64,000 nt of DNA, taken from assembly GCA_010093815.1 (NCBI GenBank), contig ML996579.1. One strand, 5' to 3'. This DNA is from Pseudovirgaria hyperparasitica. Lineage: Eukaryota. The notes beneath the pieces are model-generated. The model searched no databases and was not told the DNA's origin. It saw only the letters and a list, made by a program, of their open reading frames with translations. The position numbers and the translations under genes are program-made. Below, piece by piece: positions 12,913-26,110 of the stretch. Every line of letters begins with the position of its first letter. Position 1 is the stretch's first letter.

Positions 12913-13367
12913 CTTCAAGATAGCGCTAAAAGTCCAGAGTAGTAGTACAAGAGTAAGTTTTGTTACGTGAAGAGGGATAAAAAGGAAGAAACGTGGAGCT
13001 TGGAGTGCAGAGAAGTAAATAGTTTTGTGTGGTAGAATCACAACCCAGAGGTTCAGAAGCTCGTAGAATTGCGTGGCCGGCAAAACCTGTCTAGCGCTCG
13101 GAATGCGAGAAGAGGTCCAAGCTTGCGCCCAGGCCTGCCTCCCAAAGTGTATTATTGCTCTGCTAAGTCTGCTTCAACGAGGTTCCACTGGAGCGTTTCC
13201 CCGCGATAGCACTTGCACTTCTGTCATGATTACACAGCTTCATCGCTCAAATAAATTCCGTGCGAGCCCTATGTACACTTCGCCTATATGGCAAAGCCTC
13301 CATCGCCCATACCCTCAACTCGAACTCCGTCATTGCGTGAGTTTGCGATTCGGCTTACGATTGTATA

Positions 13368-15370
13368 ATGTCTAGTGTTGCATCTTCATACAAGAAGCAG
13401 AACGGGACGCTCAGTATCTCAAAAGACAATCGTGAAGTATCATGGATACAAACGGGCGCGGCTGCACCTACTATCAGGTTGCTGGTAGCGGATATATCTA
13501 GTGAGATCTCTTTTCATATGTCACAGAAAGAATACTGAAGCTTTCAGACCTTCAACAAACCCCCGAGAAGTCGCCCAAAGTTTCCATCAAGATATTCACG
13601 CAGACTGCTGGTGCCAACAAGCCAGAAGATTTTACCTTCTCCCTGACTTCAGCCACTACTGCGCGAGCAGACCAAGCCGCGATAACAAAAATACTAAGAC
13701 AAGAGATTGAGAATATAAGAGCCAGAAAGCAGCAACCTGTTGCCTCTGCAACAGTGCCCGATGATCCTGGTGCTCCTCCAGCCGCGTTTGCTATCGCACA
13801 AGCGTTGGCTGTAAGTACTGGCTCGAATGACAGCGCATTCACGGATGCCAAATTGCTAGCCAATTCTGAGCTACAACGGTCCTTATTACAATCGAATGTG
13901 GACCTTAAACAAAGATTTATGCAAGCTTTAACGGACAAACCAGACAATATCTCAACACATCAATTCGCGTCACAGTTCTGGGTCACTAGGGTGCATCTGT
14001 TACGAGAGCATGCAGTTTCAAGAGGTCAGACCCAGGGCTCATACAATGTTCTCTCCGAGGTCAAACCCAAGAATGTGGATGGCACAAATCGGCTGAATCT
14101 CAGTAAGGAACAGATTCAACTCATATTTAAGCAACATCCTTTGGTAAAAAAAGTGTACAATGAAAGTGTTCCGGCAATGAACGAGATGGAGTTTTGGTCC
14201 CGCTTCTTTGTGAGCCGCCTCATCAAGAAATTGAAGGGCGAAAAGATTACGGAGAATGATCCGACAGATCCCAAACTCGACCGTTATCTTAGTCTTGGAG
14301 ATGGTGCCGATGTGCCTGTGCAGCTTGATGGCGCTCATATACCACGATTCATTGATCTGGAAGGAAATGAGCAAAACCATAGTCAAAAGAGAGGAAATGC
14401 GCCTGATATGACAATGCAGCCTAACAATCACGAAAAGGTGCCCATACTTCGTGTTTTGAACAGTATGAGCGAAAAGATGATGGCAGACACGGCGACAGCA
14501 AAAGGAGAAGTTCATGGCCCTGTTGGTCTTGATGAGGAGACTTTCAACGAAATAAGACTGCGCGACCTACAAAAGGACTCACTCGACAATCGAATTATGC
14601 TCAATATCAAAGACCAGAAACGCTTTCATACTACAGAAGGGGGAGACCATAGGTCTAAAGAAGCCATTATTTATGCTAGGCAGAATCCACAAAACGTTCT
14701 CGCGACTATATCCAATGAATCCAGGAGCCTCACTCGCTTCAACAGTCTGCACTCCGGATTGGACTTAGAGGAGGCGCTAGGTATTAATGATGATAGCTCG
14801 AGCGAGGATGAACAGCATCATCAGAAGAGAACATTGCACATTGGAAGCAAAAGTGGCCGAGCAGCTGCCACAAAGCAAATTGTGGGCGCGATTCGTCAGA
14901 AACGCGCTCAAACCGATGATTATTCAGCGCCGCCTGGTAGCTTTGCACCAGTGCCCTTTGAGAATACCGACCTTACCATCGAGATTCGCGACTCCCTTGC
15001 CCTCACTCACTCGACGACAATCGAGTTTCTTCATTACTTCTGGAGTGTGTTCCATTCTGGTGATCCTGAGCGTGCAGGCGAAGCTCAAAACATGATAGGG
15101 GCTTTGGACAAGTCTCTGGACCGGATAAAAGCGAATGCTAAGCAGGCTGAAGCAGGTCGTCGTGCGTATATCGACAGGCTGAATGCGCAGCTTGAAGAGC
15201 ACTTCAGACGGAGCGGAAAACGAAAAAAGCTAGATCTTAGGCAAGCTCCTGGAGGAGCTGAAGCTGTCAATGCCATGATGGCGCCTACGGTGAGAGCCAT
15301 CAAAGAGGCCTCCGACCGATTCCGAGAAGAATATGAGTTGCAAATCTCTCAAAGTAAGGCAGTGTCGTGA
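13368..15370 (+). CDS. TFB1: TFIIH subunit p62/Tfb1; 2 exons (13368-13500, 13548-15370)
   Basis: PH-like N-terminus (YKKQNGTL..NLQQTP); BSD domains (QFWVTRVHLLR, GSYNVLSEVKP, IFKQHPLVKKVYNESVP..EMEFWSRFFVSRL); FIDLEGNEQN; EFLHYFWS. Intron GTGAGA..ACTGAA..CAG. Confidence 0.92.
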
Positions 15371-16815
15371 GGCATACATTGAAGGTCAGCGGACGCAGCC
15401 TTCACACAACGCCTTGAAGACCTTACAGAAGACTTTTGGGCTTCCAATAACAGTACAGCGATCTCAAGTGCAGAGATTGCGCCTTGTGTTCCGATTTACA
15501 AAGTCCTTGGAATCGCGCGGTTTGGGGGCGATGCAAAACTTAGAACTGTCCCTCAATCGGCGATGAGGTATGACAGGGCGGGCGTGACACCTCGATTCCC
15601 TGGTTGATGCCTTATTGCTGTTGCAGGAAACAATCCGATGTGGCGCCCAAATCCGACCACGTCTCATAAGAATGAGAGCCTTCATTGCTCGCTTTGTAAG
15701 ATGCGCATACGAAGTTTTTGAATGAAATGATCACCTTGAAAGACTCGCAGGGGTCCGAGGGTGGTACTATTCATCACCAGGAGGTGACAATTGGTTTTAT
15801 CGACCCTTTTAACATTGGTAATTCGGCATTGTTACCACCTGGACATGCACACATGAGCTAAAGCGCTGGGCAATGTCTATCGTGACGGCTTCAGTAGAAG
15901 TTTTATAAATCAACTGCTTCACACAGGTGCATACATCTCCCATTCTGTGTTAGGTTTTCGTTGCTTTGGTGGTTTTCACGATATGCTCTTGAACTGTTTT
16001 CTGTCAAGCGCATAACTTTGCCCTTGCCACGGCTGTCCATCCTCCTACGACATTGATAAATGAATATATCAAACCCAATTACGTAGTGGTTACCTAGTGC
16101 ACCGTCGTTCGCCATTTGAGTTAGCATACGGCCGCTACTGCTGCTAGGAACTTTTGATCTAATCTCTAAATCGACCGCACCTTTTGTCTATAAAATTGAA
16201 AACAAAAGAACATTCAAAAATTTCGCTAGAAATAAACGCAAAAAGTCAGACATCATGGATAATCAATAAAACGGACTTTCATATCACCAACAAGAAGTAA
16301 TGCTATGTCAGGTACGATAACGCGTGTATATAGTGCCGTGTTACAATTCTGCGACGAACGACGCCAGCAAATTCCTCGACAGTGGCTTCAGACGAATGCG
16401 CATAGAAGTGAATTAGAAACTGCAATAAGGAGCAGGAGCAAGGGGCTGAAGCATGGACACAGATACACACCGTGATTGCATCACTTGGCCAAAGCACACT
16501 GGACTATCTTAACCATGGAACTAGACAGCTAGTCGCCTATAAACAAGTCGAAACATGTTCAACATAGCAGACTCTGCATGTTTCAGCGATCGTGCAACTC
16601 TCTGAGAAGGCTTCGAGACAGTGTCCCAACGAAGACGACAACAAAGCGAAGGGCTCCAGTCGGCAGCAACATCAATACAAATAAGCCGGCCTCCACGGAC
16701 ATTAGATTATCGTGTGACCAATGAGAAAAACACATCCAAGTCATCAGTTGCACCTCAGTCATCTGCGACAAAAGTAGAAACTATGTATAAGATAATATGT
16801 CCCTCAGGGGTTTCC

Positions 16816-17260
16816 TCAAACATCACGTACGGGGTCCCAGTAAACAGATGGAACAGCACTCGCTTGGCCCTTTCGGTTGCGGTTGTCCCTATAACGAAAA
16901 GAATGCCACAGAAGCCAACGAATGACCCAATTCTCTTTATTTGGTCCATCTTCATAAGCACCTATCTGGTAGTAGTATCGTACGTATGGATCAGATCGTT
17001 CAAAGATGATGGCGATCTGATTGTATTTGTCGGTCTCTGGTATGGAGTCCCAGGTGGGACGGGCGATACCCTGGCTAAGTCTGTCTCTACCTGCAGCAGC
17101 CTCTGCCTTTGTCGTTCAGTAGTGAGGGCAAATATGAATGGGCTTTACATACCAACATAATGTTGTAGGTGACCATATCACTTTTATCACTAGTCCGAAG
17201 TCCCACAGCACTGAGGAACATCTCCCGAGTCGCGCTAGCCGCTGGATGTCGTTTGTTCAT
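16816..17260 (-). CDS. Small hypothetical protein (132 aa); 2 exons (17260-17153, 17106-16816); absent from the ORF track
   Basis: Translation MNKRHPAASATREMFLSAVGLRTSDKSDMVTYNIML|AEAAAGRDRLSQGIARPTWDSIPETDKYNQIAIIFERSDPYVRYYYQIGAYEDGPNKENWVIRWLLWHSFRYRDNRNRKGQASAVPSVYWDPVRDV*. A 46-nt phase-0 intron GTATGT..AAG joins two stop-free frames. Confidence 0.75.
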
Positions 17261-17744
17261 GTCGACCTCGAGAAAGTGGATGGTAGGTAAGAATCAAGCG
17301 ATAGAAATTGATTTGGTACTTGTTGACCAGTCACCGTAAGCTCAAGAAGGTGAATTATGTGTTTGATATATCATGCTAGGCAGGCGCCGTATTCATTTTT
17401 ATAGTTGAGATCCAACAAGAGATAGGGGAATCTCCCAAAACCTCTCGGGTGGATGTCTGACGTACGTCCCGTTCCATGACTACCCAATGTTTTGGGACAT
17501 GCTTTGGTGCCCAACAGGACTGTCCTAGCAAAATATCAAACTTGCTTAAGCTTGACTAGGATCCGTTGTTACAATGCAGCATCAAGCCATTGCCCAGGGA
17601 TTTGTTTCATTCCAATTTTAGAGGCTCCAGGGTTAGTTCGGCCCTTCCAAAGACAACACTGTTGTTGATAAGGATCAATTAGGGCCCCATATTGAATTAC
17701 GACGTCAGGCGACCGAATCTAGTAGTCGTATCAAAGCAACCTAG

Positions 17745-18760
17745 TCAACACTTGTTCAGATATCGGCAATTCCAAGCGAGATCCGATACCATTTGCTGCT
17801 CTCTTGTGCATGAATGAAAATGACGAAGAAGAAGAAGAAGAAGCAAGCAAGCAAAGTCGAGTCGCGCAGCTATCCTGTAGTCGTAAGGAAGACTGATATG
17901 CCGGAGAACTGCGTTTGAGTGTCCAATCATTGCAAGGGCTGATGCGAATGGGACTTTTTAGAAGCCATTATCCTTAGACTTCGGAGGATATCTGCAAGAC
18001 AAACAGCTGCAACACTGCTGATGAGCAATGCACAATAACGTTGTGCCATGTTCAGCTTGTCTGAACAACTACCGTAGCTTTCGACTACCACTGCAGCAAC
18101 TTGAATAGTCAAACCCAGCTCGCCAGCCACAACCTGCGAGGTGCATGGCTTGTAAAGTGGCTGGAATACTAGTTCAATCCGAGCCATGGATGGATCTGGA
18201 CAACTCGGCTTTGCCATGTCGCAAAAGGAAGGACTACGGAAACTGTCTCTGAAGATGGAATCAGGCGGCCGTTCTGGACCGCACTTGATATACGTCGCAC
18301 AAAGCTGCAGCTAGTCACTAAGTGGCACTTCAAATTCGTCAATTCCAATTATGCAAGCGAAATTAATGACAGTCTAGAGAACTGTCACGAAACAAAACCG
18401 TATTCTTCTATGTTCTTCAAACCAGACGGGAACGGTGCGTTCTTTGTCAAGCCTCCAATAGGAAAAGTGAGGCTACGATAGATCGAACGATTGGGTACGT
18501 CATGAATTTTGAACCCAGCAAACTCATGAGAGTGCTTTCCTTGGGGAACATATCGACCGATTGAAAACTGGCATTACCCATCAACAGCCTCACCAACGCT
18601 CAGGTTCGCTTCAACCTTCCTCGAGCCTCATTCATCCCTGGCGTCCTGTCAAAGTCGGGTGCCTCAACAATTCTAATATCAGCCTGATATTGCGGTTCAA
18701 CATAGTCAATGAGTAGATACTAGTCCCTGAATTTCAACTGTCTCTGGGCCAATATGACTG
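17745..18760 (-). pseudogene. Possible decayed gene of unknown family
   Basis: Long near-open minus-strand frames broken by isolated stops and frame changes (YLLIDYVEPQYQADIRIVEAPDFD..; IIGIDEFEVPLSD*LQLCATYIK..RIELVFQPLY..). No family recognised. Confidence 0.25.
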
Positions 18761-20276
18761 TACGAAACTGATGTGACAGCACGAAAAAGAACTGAAGCAG
18801 GGAGATCAGGGACGGGATCCTGAGCATGCGTACCACGACTGCGAGTAGCTAGGGTATCATCACAGCAAGGCATGTGATTCGATACCAGTAGTTATCGCGA
18901 TACAGGTGCCCAGAAATGCATCAACTTTACGAGTAGATGTGCCAATGTCTCGACTGCCCTAGATATTCACGCTCATCCCGTGATGATGGCTCCCGGAACC
19001 GGTTTGTACACTTGTGTGCAAAACCGATACTTGCAAACAGAACATGATGATTTCCACTGACTGCTATCCAAGAGGCATCCTGTGATCAGCTGTGTCAACG
19101 AAATAAGTCTTGCAGTGCCTCGACCTACGTCGATCGAAAATCGAGCTGCGTCAACTTTCATCAGATATCATACAGGCACACTGCGTTAAGCCATTGATTC
19201 GGGGAACCGCCAGACTTGTGCTTACTGGTGGCACCAGGAACCCGTCTACTGTCAAGCCTTGACAAGGCAGGGAACACTATAGTGCTACTGAGAAGCCAAA
19301 TTAGCTAAAGATCGGCGACCCTGCAGTCTTTGCACCTTTCAGCATCACTGATCGTTTGACAGTGATCATATTTAGGTCAGAGCAACATCCATGACCTGAT
19401 GTGCTCTCTCACATAGGGTTCTAGACGAGTCCCAGCAGCCGGACGCCCTCTGTACGCTCATATGCTCACTTGAAGAGTCTATCAATGTCGCTTTCTGCTG
19501 TCGCATGGGAGATATGCAATGCCTGGTCATCTTGGCAAACAATGGCCTTTTTACTAGTTACAGCTTTATATGTTTACAAAATAACACTGTCAGCAAACGT
19601 CTTGACAAGGCAACAACCTTGGAAGGTCCGTTGCTCTTTACATCTATCATCATAGCTCACACTCTACGGTTCGCGACGAATGTGTCAATATTTGCTTCTT
19701 CAGTTGCGCTCAAACATGCGTGGATGTGAGTCGGAGTGACTGTGTCCGAGCATATTTGAGTTAGTACTTGGACATTACCATAGCTGTCCGGTAGCAGCAT
19801 TGTTTTCCATCAGCATCAACCCTCGAGATTTGAGGCTTTCGTTTGTTCGGCCAAGAACCAACTGCATCAGGTTTTGAATGATCTTCAGCCTCCTCAAGCC
19901 TTGTTACTGGTGCACCTTCCTTCTACCGGATCGCTACGACCAAGGCAGGCACTACATTGTCGGGCCTCGTACCTACATGATAGCCTCCCAAAACTGCCAG
20001 CACATTTTCCTTTTCCTCAATCTTGGAACATCCGCCTCACTTTGTAAGCAATACATTTAAACCACATTGTCACTGGTCAGCATCGATCAAGCAGAAACTC
20101 AATCAAAACATACCGACTCATTAGTCACCACGATACCCTAGTGATCTAAAGTATCCATCGGCCCCATCGCCGATATCCACCCCTTCACATATACGCGAGC
20201 ACCCAGCCTCAGAAAGAAGGACCCTCTGAAGGCAAAGGAGTCAGATACCGTCGTAGAACACATTGGTTGGTCAGAA

Positions 20277-22285
20277 ATGTCGCTTCGGCAGCCTTCCTCG
20301 ACGGTGAGACTGGCATGCTATCAAACCTGTGTGGCAAGTTCCACTAACTCACGACATGCAAGGACTCCGGAGGGGCCGCAAAAGAATCGAAACCAGTCTC
20401 CAACATCCAGAAGAGCCAAGGTCAGCAGAAGAATATTACTTCGTCGATCTCTACAGGCCGTAATGATAAGGAGCCCTCTGAGTGCTCCAGCATCGAGGTG
20501 AGGTTCATCAACCGGCCAGACGGTACACCCCTGACTACGATCATCGAGCGCAATTCATGCTCAACGTTGAATTCGAAAGCGTCAACGCTCCCTACACGTT
20601 GGCGTTTTATACGGAAGGAGGTTCCGCCAATATCTGAAGGTTCAATTGAACACAAGACATTGATGGAACCCACGTGTGATCAGTTACGCGATTCAGCGAC
20701 ACCTCTTGCGGCGGTGACGGGGTGGAAAGCGCCCCAACCTTCCTCAAGAGTCTCTACAGAGACAGCAATAATCCAGACCGGGACTGTTGTGTCAGCTGCA
20801 TCATACAACCCAATGCCACCACCAACAAGACCGGAGAAAAGTGCTGCTCCGGAAGAGAGTCCCACGGAACTCACCAATTTACGGTCCGCCAAGCAAACCC
20901 TTTATTGTGTGTTCAATACACTACTCAGGATTCTGCAATCGCAACATGTCGATAAGCGAGCTTCTGAAGCACTACTCATTGACCAGTGTCCAAGAAGGGC
21001 CATAATACCTCCTGACATGGGGAAAGCGTCTTGGCAACTGACCAACGAACCTGGAAAGGTCATCTGCGAAGTTCAGGTAGAAGCAGTCTCACATACTGAG
21101 TCATCCCTGCCTCTAAAGGAAAGTTTTGTAGCTGGTTCTACAAGTCAGAAGGACCCAACTGGTAACTCACAAGACGTGACACATGCGCCCATCTCATCGA
21201 CTCGCATAACAGATCGCTCACCTACATACTCCCTGTTCCCCTCTCTAACTCTGTCTCCGCCCGTGTCGCCAACCTTTCCACCGGGCAAGACCATCTCCTC
21301 ATCCATCCGAGAGCATCGTATCGAACCATCGTATAAACCTAAGCAAGACATTATCTCAAGATTAGCTATCGAAAATGAACCCGCACGACCTACTACAAGC
21401 CCCAATGAACTCCATTCCGAGTGTAGAGAACGGTGCAAGAGTCGAACGGGCAAATCCGCTGAAGGTAGCATTAGTGCGCAGCCCTTCAGCTCTGATACAG
21501 AAACTAAAACATCCTCGGCAAAACTGGCGACAACGGGTCTCGGAAACGCTAAGTCAGCTTCAAGACATTCCGAACGGAATCATCTCGTCTTCGACATTAA
21601 CAACAACCAGTCAGCCCTTTTTGACGCCTCTGGAGACCCTTTCATCACAGCCTACCCCGACAGACGCGTCGTCCATATCCATTCCGCTGCACTACCAATT
21701 CTCCTACCAATCGCTGCAGCAGAAGGGATCGTCAGACCAATTGCTCGCAGGCCCAAAGCGTCACTCGACGTTTCACGACAAGATAAAGATCCGATTCAAT
21801 CGTCTCCCACCGTGGTTGCAGGTCGTGGTCATGACCGCCGTCGTCGTCGTCATACTTCCCTACTTGATCGGCTACATGATGTATCATTGGTGCAAACTGA
21901 TGGGGAAGCGGGTGGTGAGAATCAGTCGGCGAAAGATAAGGAGGCGAGGACAGGGCAAAGGGAAGCAAAACGTAAACCTAACAAATTAATAAAGCAGAAG
22001 AAGGGTTCCGTGTCTGGAGCATGGGGCCTTCGTACGGACGGCGGACGTGATACACCCGACCTCGTGCAGCTAGAGCCCATCTCTACTAATGCTCCGCTCC
22101 CATCAGCGATTCCCGACGAAGGACAGAAGCTACGTCACCGTGTAGGGAGCCGATTTGGACGGATTTTTAGATCCTGCTTTTGTCAATCTCGTCGAGGAAT
22201 TGGAGGGGATAGAAATGACGACGACGAACTGGACGAGAGCCCACGACGTGTCACGCCGCGCAGATTATCCCCAGCCGCGAAATGA
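20277..22285 (+). CDS. Hypothetical Ser/Pro/Arg-rich, largely disordered protein; 5' end uncertain (exons 20277-20303, 20363-22285)
   Basis: 1.9 kb open frame; phase-0 intron 20304-20362 (GTGAGA..ACTAAC..AAG). Short ordered islands TPLTTIIERNS and HIHSAALPILLPIAAAEGIVRP. The frame stays open upstream to ~20145, so more 5' exons are possible. Confidence 0.65.
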
Positions 22286-22833
22286 CATCTTCGAATAAAG
22301 CACAGTATGAGGTCTAAGAAGCGTGCCTCTCGGTAGAATTGGCTTCAGGTCAATGCATTTCTCGTCAGCAATCAAATCCTGGCAGTACCTTAACATATCA
22401 CTGCAGATAGCATCTTAGACGCTGATACATCCATAAGTCATATGCGCCACCAAACTGTGATCAATTGGTGAATATTGCTGCGTGGTTTCGCGTGGTCGGC
22501 AACAATTTCCAAATATAAGGCATGAATAGTAGTTGAGGAAAGGCTTCGAGCGCTGTAGGATGAAGACCAATGTCAATGCCAATGCCAAGCCGCTTGAGCG
22601 TGGCAGCCTGAGGCCAACATATGGACCCCGATCGACGTCGACCGAAAACTAAATACGGCTTTGGCTTCAATGACATCTACCAAAGTCCATCCGCTTTCCC
22701 AGCGGCCGGAACATCCTGCTTTCATCGCCAACATCGTGCACAACGAAACCTGTTAGCTCACTTTCGTTCATTATTTCCTTGACTGGTCAAATTTCTTCTT
22801 CGTCGCGGCGGCCGCCGCTAGAACTCCGTCAAC

Positions 22834-25473
22834 ATGGCTCTCCAAGCATCGATGAGCCTCAACGTACGTTCCTGCTACCGTAGCTTGTCGCGGTCACGCT
22901 TGAAGTATACTGATCACCGATTCTCTCTAGACCATCGCGAGTACGTCAAGCGAGCTGTGGCCATCGATGGAGAAGGTGCTCAAAGCCCCATGGATTCGCT
23001 ATGATAGACAGCTTGGGAGTGCGTCGTCCGCTTCAAGAAGAGTTCCGTCGCATGTATCCAAGACTGAAGAGGCTGCTCTCGTAACTGTTAGTTCATCACA
23101 ACTGATTTAGGGATTCCGCTGACAGATGAACAGCCCTCTCCATCGAAGTTACCAGATTGCCTTAGGCTTGTCAATCTAGCAGACATTGTAATGCGACCGA
23201 CACTTATGCATACGGCACCCACTACGACGAGTATACTTGGATATAGTACGTGCTATTGAACATTGGAAGAGTTATTCGACTTATTGTGTTTACTTACATA
23301 TACCTCAGCGTCTCGAGATGCTCTTCGTAGCTGCAGTGTTCTTGCTCGCCCTATGCCTCAACCCCAATTAACCACGCGACAGTATTCGACATTCAACCGG
23401 CTCGGACCTTTCAAACTCCAATCGATACAAAGACCCAAAGAAATGATGTTTGGTCAATACAGGACCATGTACGGGGCGAATCCGTCAAGAAATCAACTTG
23501 CGCACATGGAGCTGACGGCAAATAACAATCCCACCAGCGCTACTGCCCAGAACGCGTTCTACTCTGCACTGCTTCGAGCTAACATGCCCGAGATACTCGT
23601 GGAAAGATATCAAACAGGTCGCTACGCATCCAATCCTGCCTGTGAAGCTCTTTACGGGCGAGCTCTGGAACGACTTGGCCAAACCGAAGGACTGTCCGGA
23701 CTGCAAACGCAGGCCAACCAAGGTCATAACTCGAATGTTACCCCGGAACAACTTCAAAGCATCGGCCAAGCGATTGCTGCGAAGTCTAGAGGTGGGAACA
23801 TGGCTAAGGTGACCGGTGGTACTGGCACCAAAGAAGGACCGCTCTATGTTGTTGTCGATGAGTCAGCTGGGAACATTGCCTTCAAGTGGGCCAAGTTCAT
23901 CCTGTGGTATGCGATGCTCGGTTACTTCTTCCTCATCGTTGTCACCCTTTTCGTGGACGCAACAGGAGTTCTCAAGAAAGTCAGTGGCTCGCAGGACGCA
24001 GAAGCTAAGCCAGAGCTACAGACTACTCGATTCAGCGATGTCCATGGCTGTGATGAGGCTAAAGAAGAGCTCCAAGAGCTGGTCGAGTTTCTCAAGGCTC
24101 CCGAGAGGTTTTCCACTCTGGGTGGTAAGCTTCCCAAGGGTGTTCTACTCGTCGGTCCGCCGGGTACTGGCAAGACGCTTCTCGCACGGGCTGTGGCTGG
24201 AGAAGCAGGTGTTCCCTTCTTCTACATGTCAGGCTCTGAGTTCGACGAGGTATATGTCGGCGTTGGCGCTAAGCGGGTCCGAGAACTATTCAATGCTGCG
24301 CGGCAAAAAGCTCCTGCCATTGTCTTTATTGACGAGCTGGACGCGATAGGCGGGAAGCGTAATGAACGTGATGCTGCCTACGTCAAACAAACACTGAACC
24401 AGCTTCTTACCGATCTCGATGGCTTCGACCAAAACTCTGGCGTCATATTTCTCGCAGCTACTAACTTTCCTCAAATGCTGGACAAGGCTCTGACCCGACC
24501 GGGTCGATTTGATCGCAACGTTGTTGTGCCACTTCCAGATGTTCGTGGACGTGTCGCAATCTTAAAACACCATATGAAGAATATGCAGCTCAGTACTGAA
24601 GTCGACGCATCCGTCATCGCTCGGGGTACGCCTGGATTCTCTGGCGCTGAACTCGAGAACCTTGTCAACCAAGCGGCAGTACGTGCATCCAAGAATAAGT
24701 CCCAGAACATTGGCATGTTGGATCTGGAGTGGGCAAAAGACAAAATCTTGATGGGCGCCGAACGTCGCAGCGCTGTCATCAAAGAATCGGACAAACTTGC
24801 AACAGCCTACCACGAGGGTGGACATGCTCTCGTGGCACTATACAATCCCAACGCCGATAAGCTGTACAAAGCTACGATCATGCCTCGCGGTATGGCTCTT
24901 GGCCTTACCTTCAGCCTTCCCGAAATGGACGCGGTCAGTCGCGCCAAGAAGCAATTCCTGGCGGAGATGGACGTATGTATGGGCGGTAAGGTCGCAGAAG
25001 AAATCATTTATGGTGAAGATAGTGTAACAAGCGGTGCGTCGAGCGACTTGCAGCGGGCAACCAACATTGCTTGGGCAATGGTCACACAGTACGGCATGAG
25101 CAACACACTTGGCAACATGGACTTTGCTAGCGACTTTGCCCGCCTATCGACCGAGACGAAGTCCAAGATCGAGAGCGAGATCCGCGTCCTTCTCGATGAC
25201 AGCTACGCTCGTGCGAAGAAGGTTCTTACGGAACGTCGAAAGGAGCTCGATCTGCTGGCAAAGGGTCTTGTGGCTTACGAGACGCTAAGCAAGGATGAGA
25301 TTGAGAAGGTGATCAAAGGGGAGAAGCTACCTGAACGGCTTGCTGCGTTGGAAGGAGCGCCAATGAAGCTCCCGGCGCAGCCAACACCGGTGCCGATTGC
25401 AGGGAAGCCAGCTGGACCGCCGACGCCGGGTATGGCGAGTGCTGGTGCGGGAGAGACGTCTCCGAAATCCTGA
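22834..25473 (+). CDS. YME1: Mitochondrial i-AAA protease Yme1 (FtsH family); 4 exons (22834-22863, 22931-23086, 23134-23245, 23309-25473)
   Basis: Single TM segment; Walker A GPPGTGKT; Walker [22 protein letters not shown]41 zinc motif HEGGH; GASSDL. Confidence 0.95.
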
Positions 25474-26054
25474 CGGGATTGAGATAAAACATGCTGGCGT
25501 TGATAAGCAGAGCACATACTCCCCTCTGCATGTACGGGGATGGAAGGCATAGTTTGCATGGTGTTTTATATCTCTGAGCGCGTCTGAACCAGGGCGTCGG
25601 AGTGTATTCTAGCATACGAGACAGCGTTTCTGATATCTGTACATGTACGTGCGTGCAAGTTATGTGTTTGATTCAGTGATCTTGGACCAGGCACGTGAGA
25701 GTATCCTCAACGTCTTAGTTCTCGTACAAGCAGAAGATATGGCGTGTTCAACATGCGATGTCTACATGTGTCACCACTGTACACGTTGGGTATCTCCTCG
25801 GCGACCACCTCTAGACTTAGGAGGTTAGTGAGGTCGTGCATATAATAAAGTAGTGGAGTAATTGGTCCCATGGCACGAGCGCATTGCTAATTATTTGATC
25901 GATATCATATCATATCATCGACAGCTGCGCCATCACCAGCATCATCGTCGTCTGGTTATGGTCATCTCATCATACAAACAAATGAACGAGCGAACGTTTG
26001 ATGATGATGATGACGTGCGCAGCAACTGAAACATGTTGCGAGATATCAGCCTAT

Positions 26055-26110
26055 TTTACCTTTACCTTTCCTTACCTTGTTAACTTATCTTACATTACGT
26101 TACATTACAT
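26055..26110. repeat. Degenerate TTACN short tandem repeat
   Basis: ttacc-tttacc-tttcc-ttacc..ttatc-ttaca-ttacg-ttaca-ttaca in the yme1-GH76 intergenic region. Confidence 0.5.

Noticed and set aside
12913..13367. Heat-shock elements expected upstream of aha1
   Set aside because: GAA/TTC triplets are present but not in canonical nGAAnnTTCnnGAAn spacing.
16621..17160. 179-aa plus-strand ORF
   Set aside because: Starts at a non-ATG codon and lies antisense to the better-supported spliced minus-strand gene.
17627..17637. Telomere-repeat-like AGGGTTAG (also GGTTAGGG at ~45441) as a telomerase RNA template
   Set aside because: Isolated 8-mers are expected by chance; no supporting structure.
26055..26110. 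TTAC repeats as a Starship insertion boundary
   Set aside because: No tyrosine recombinase captain gene or paired boundary in the window; this is a simple low-complexity repeat.
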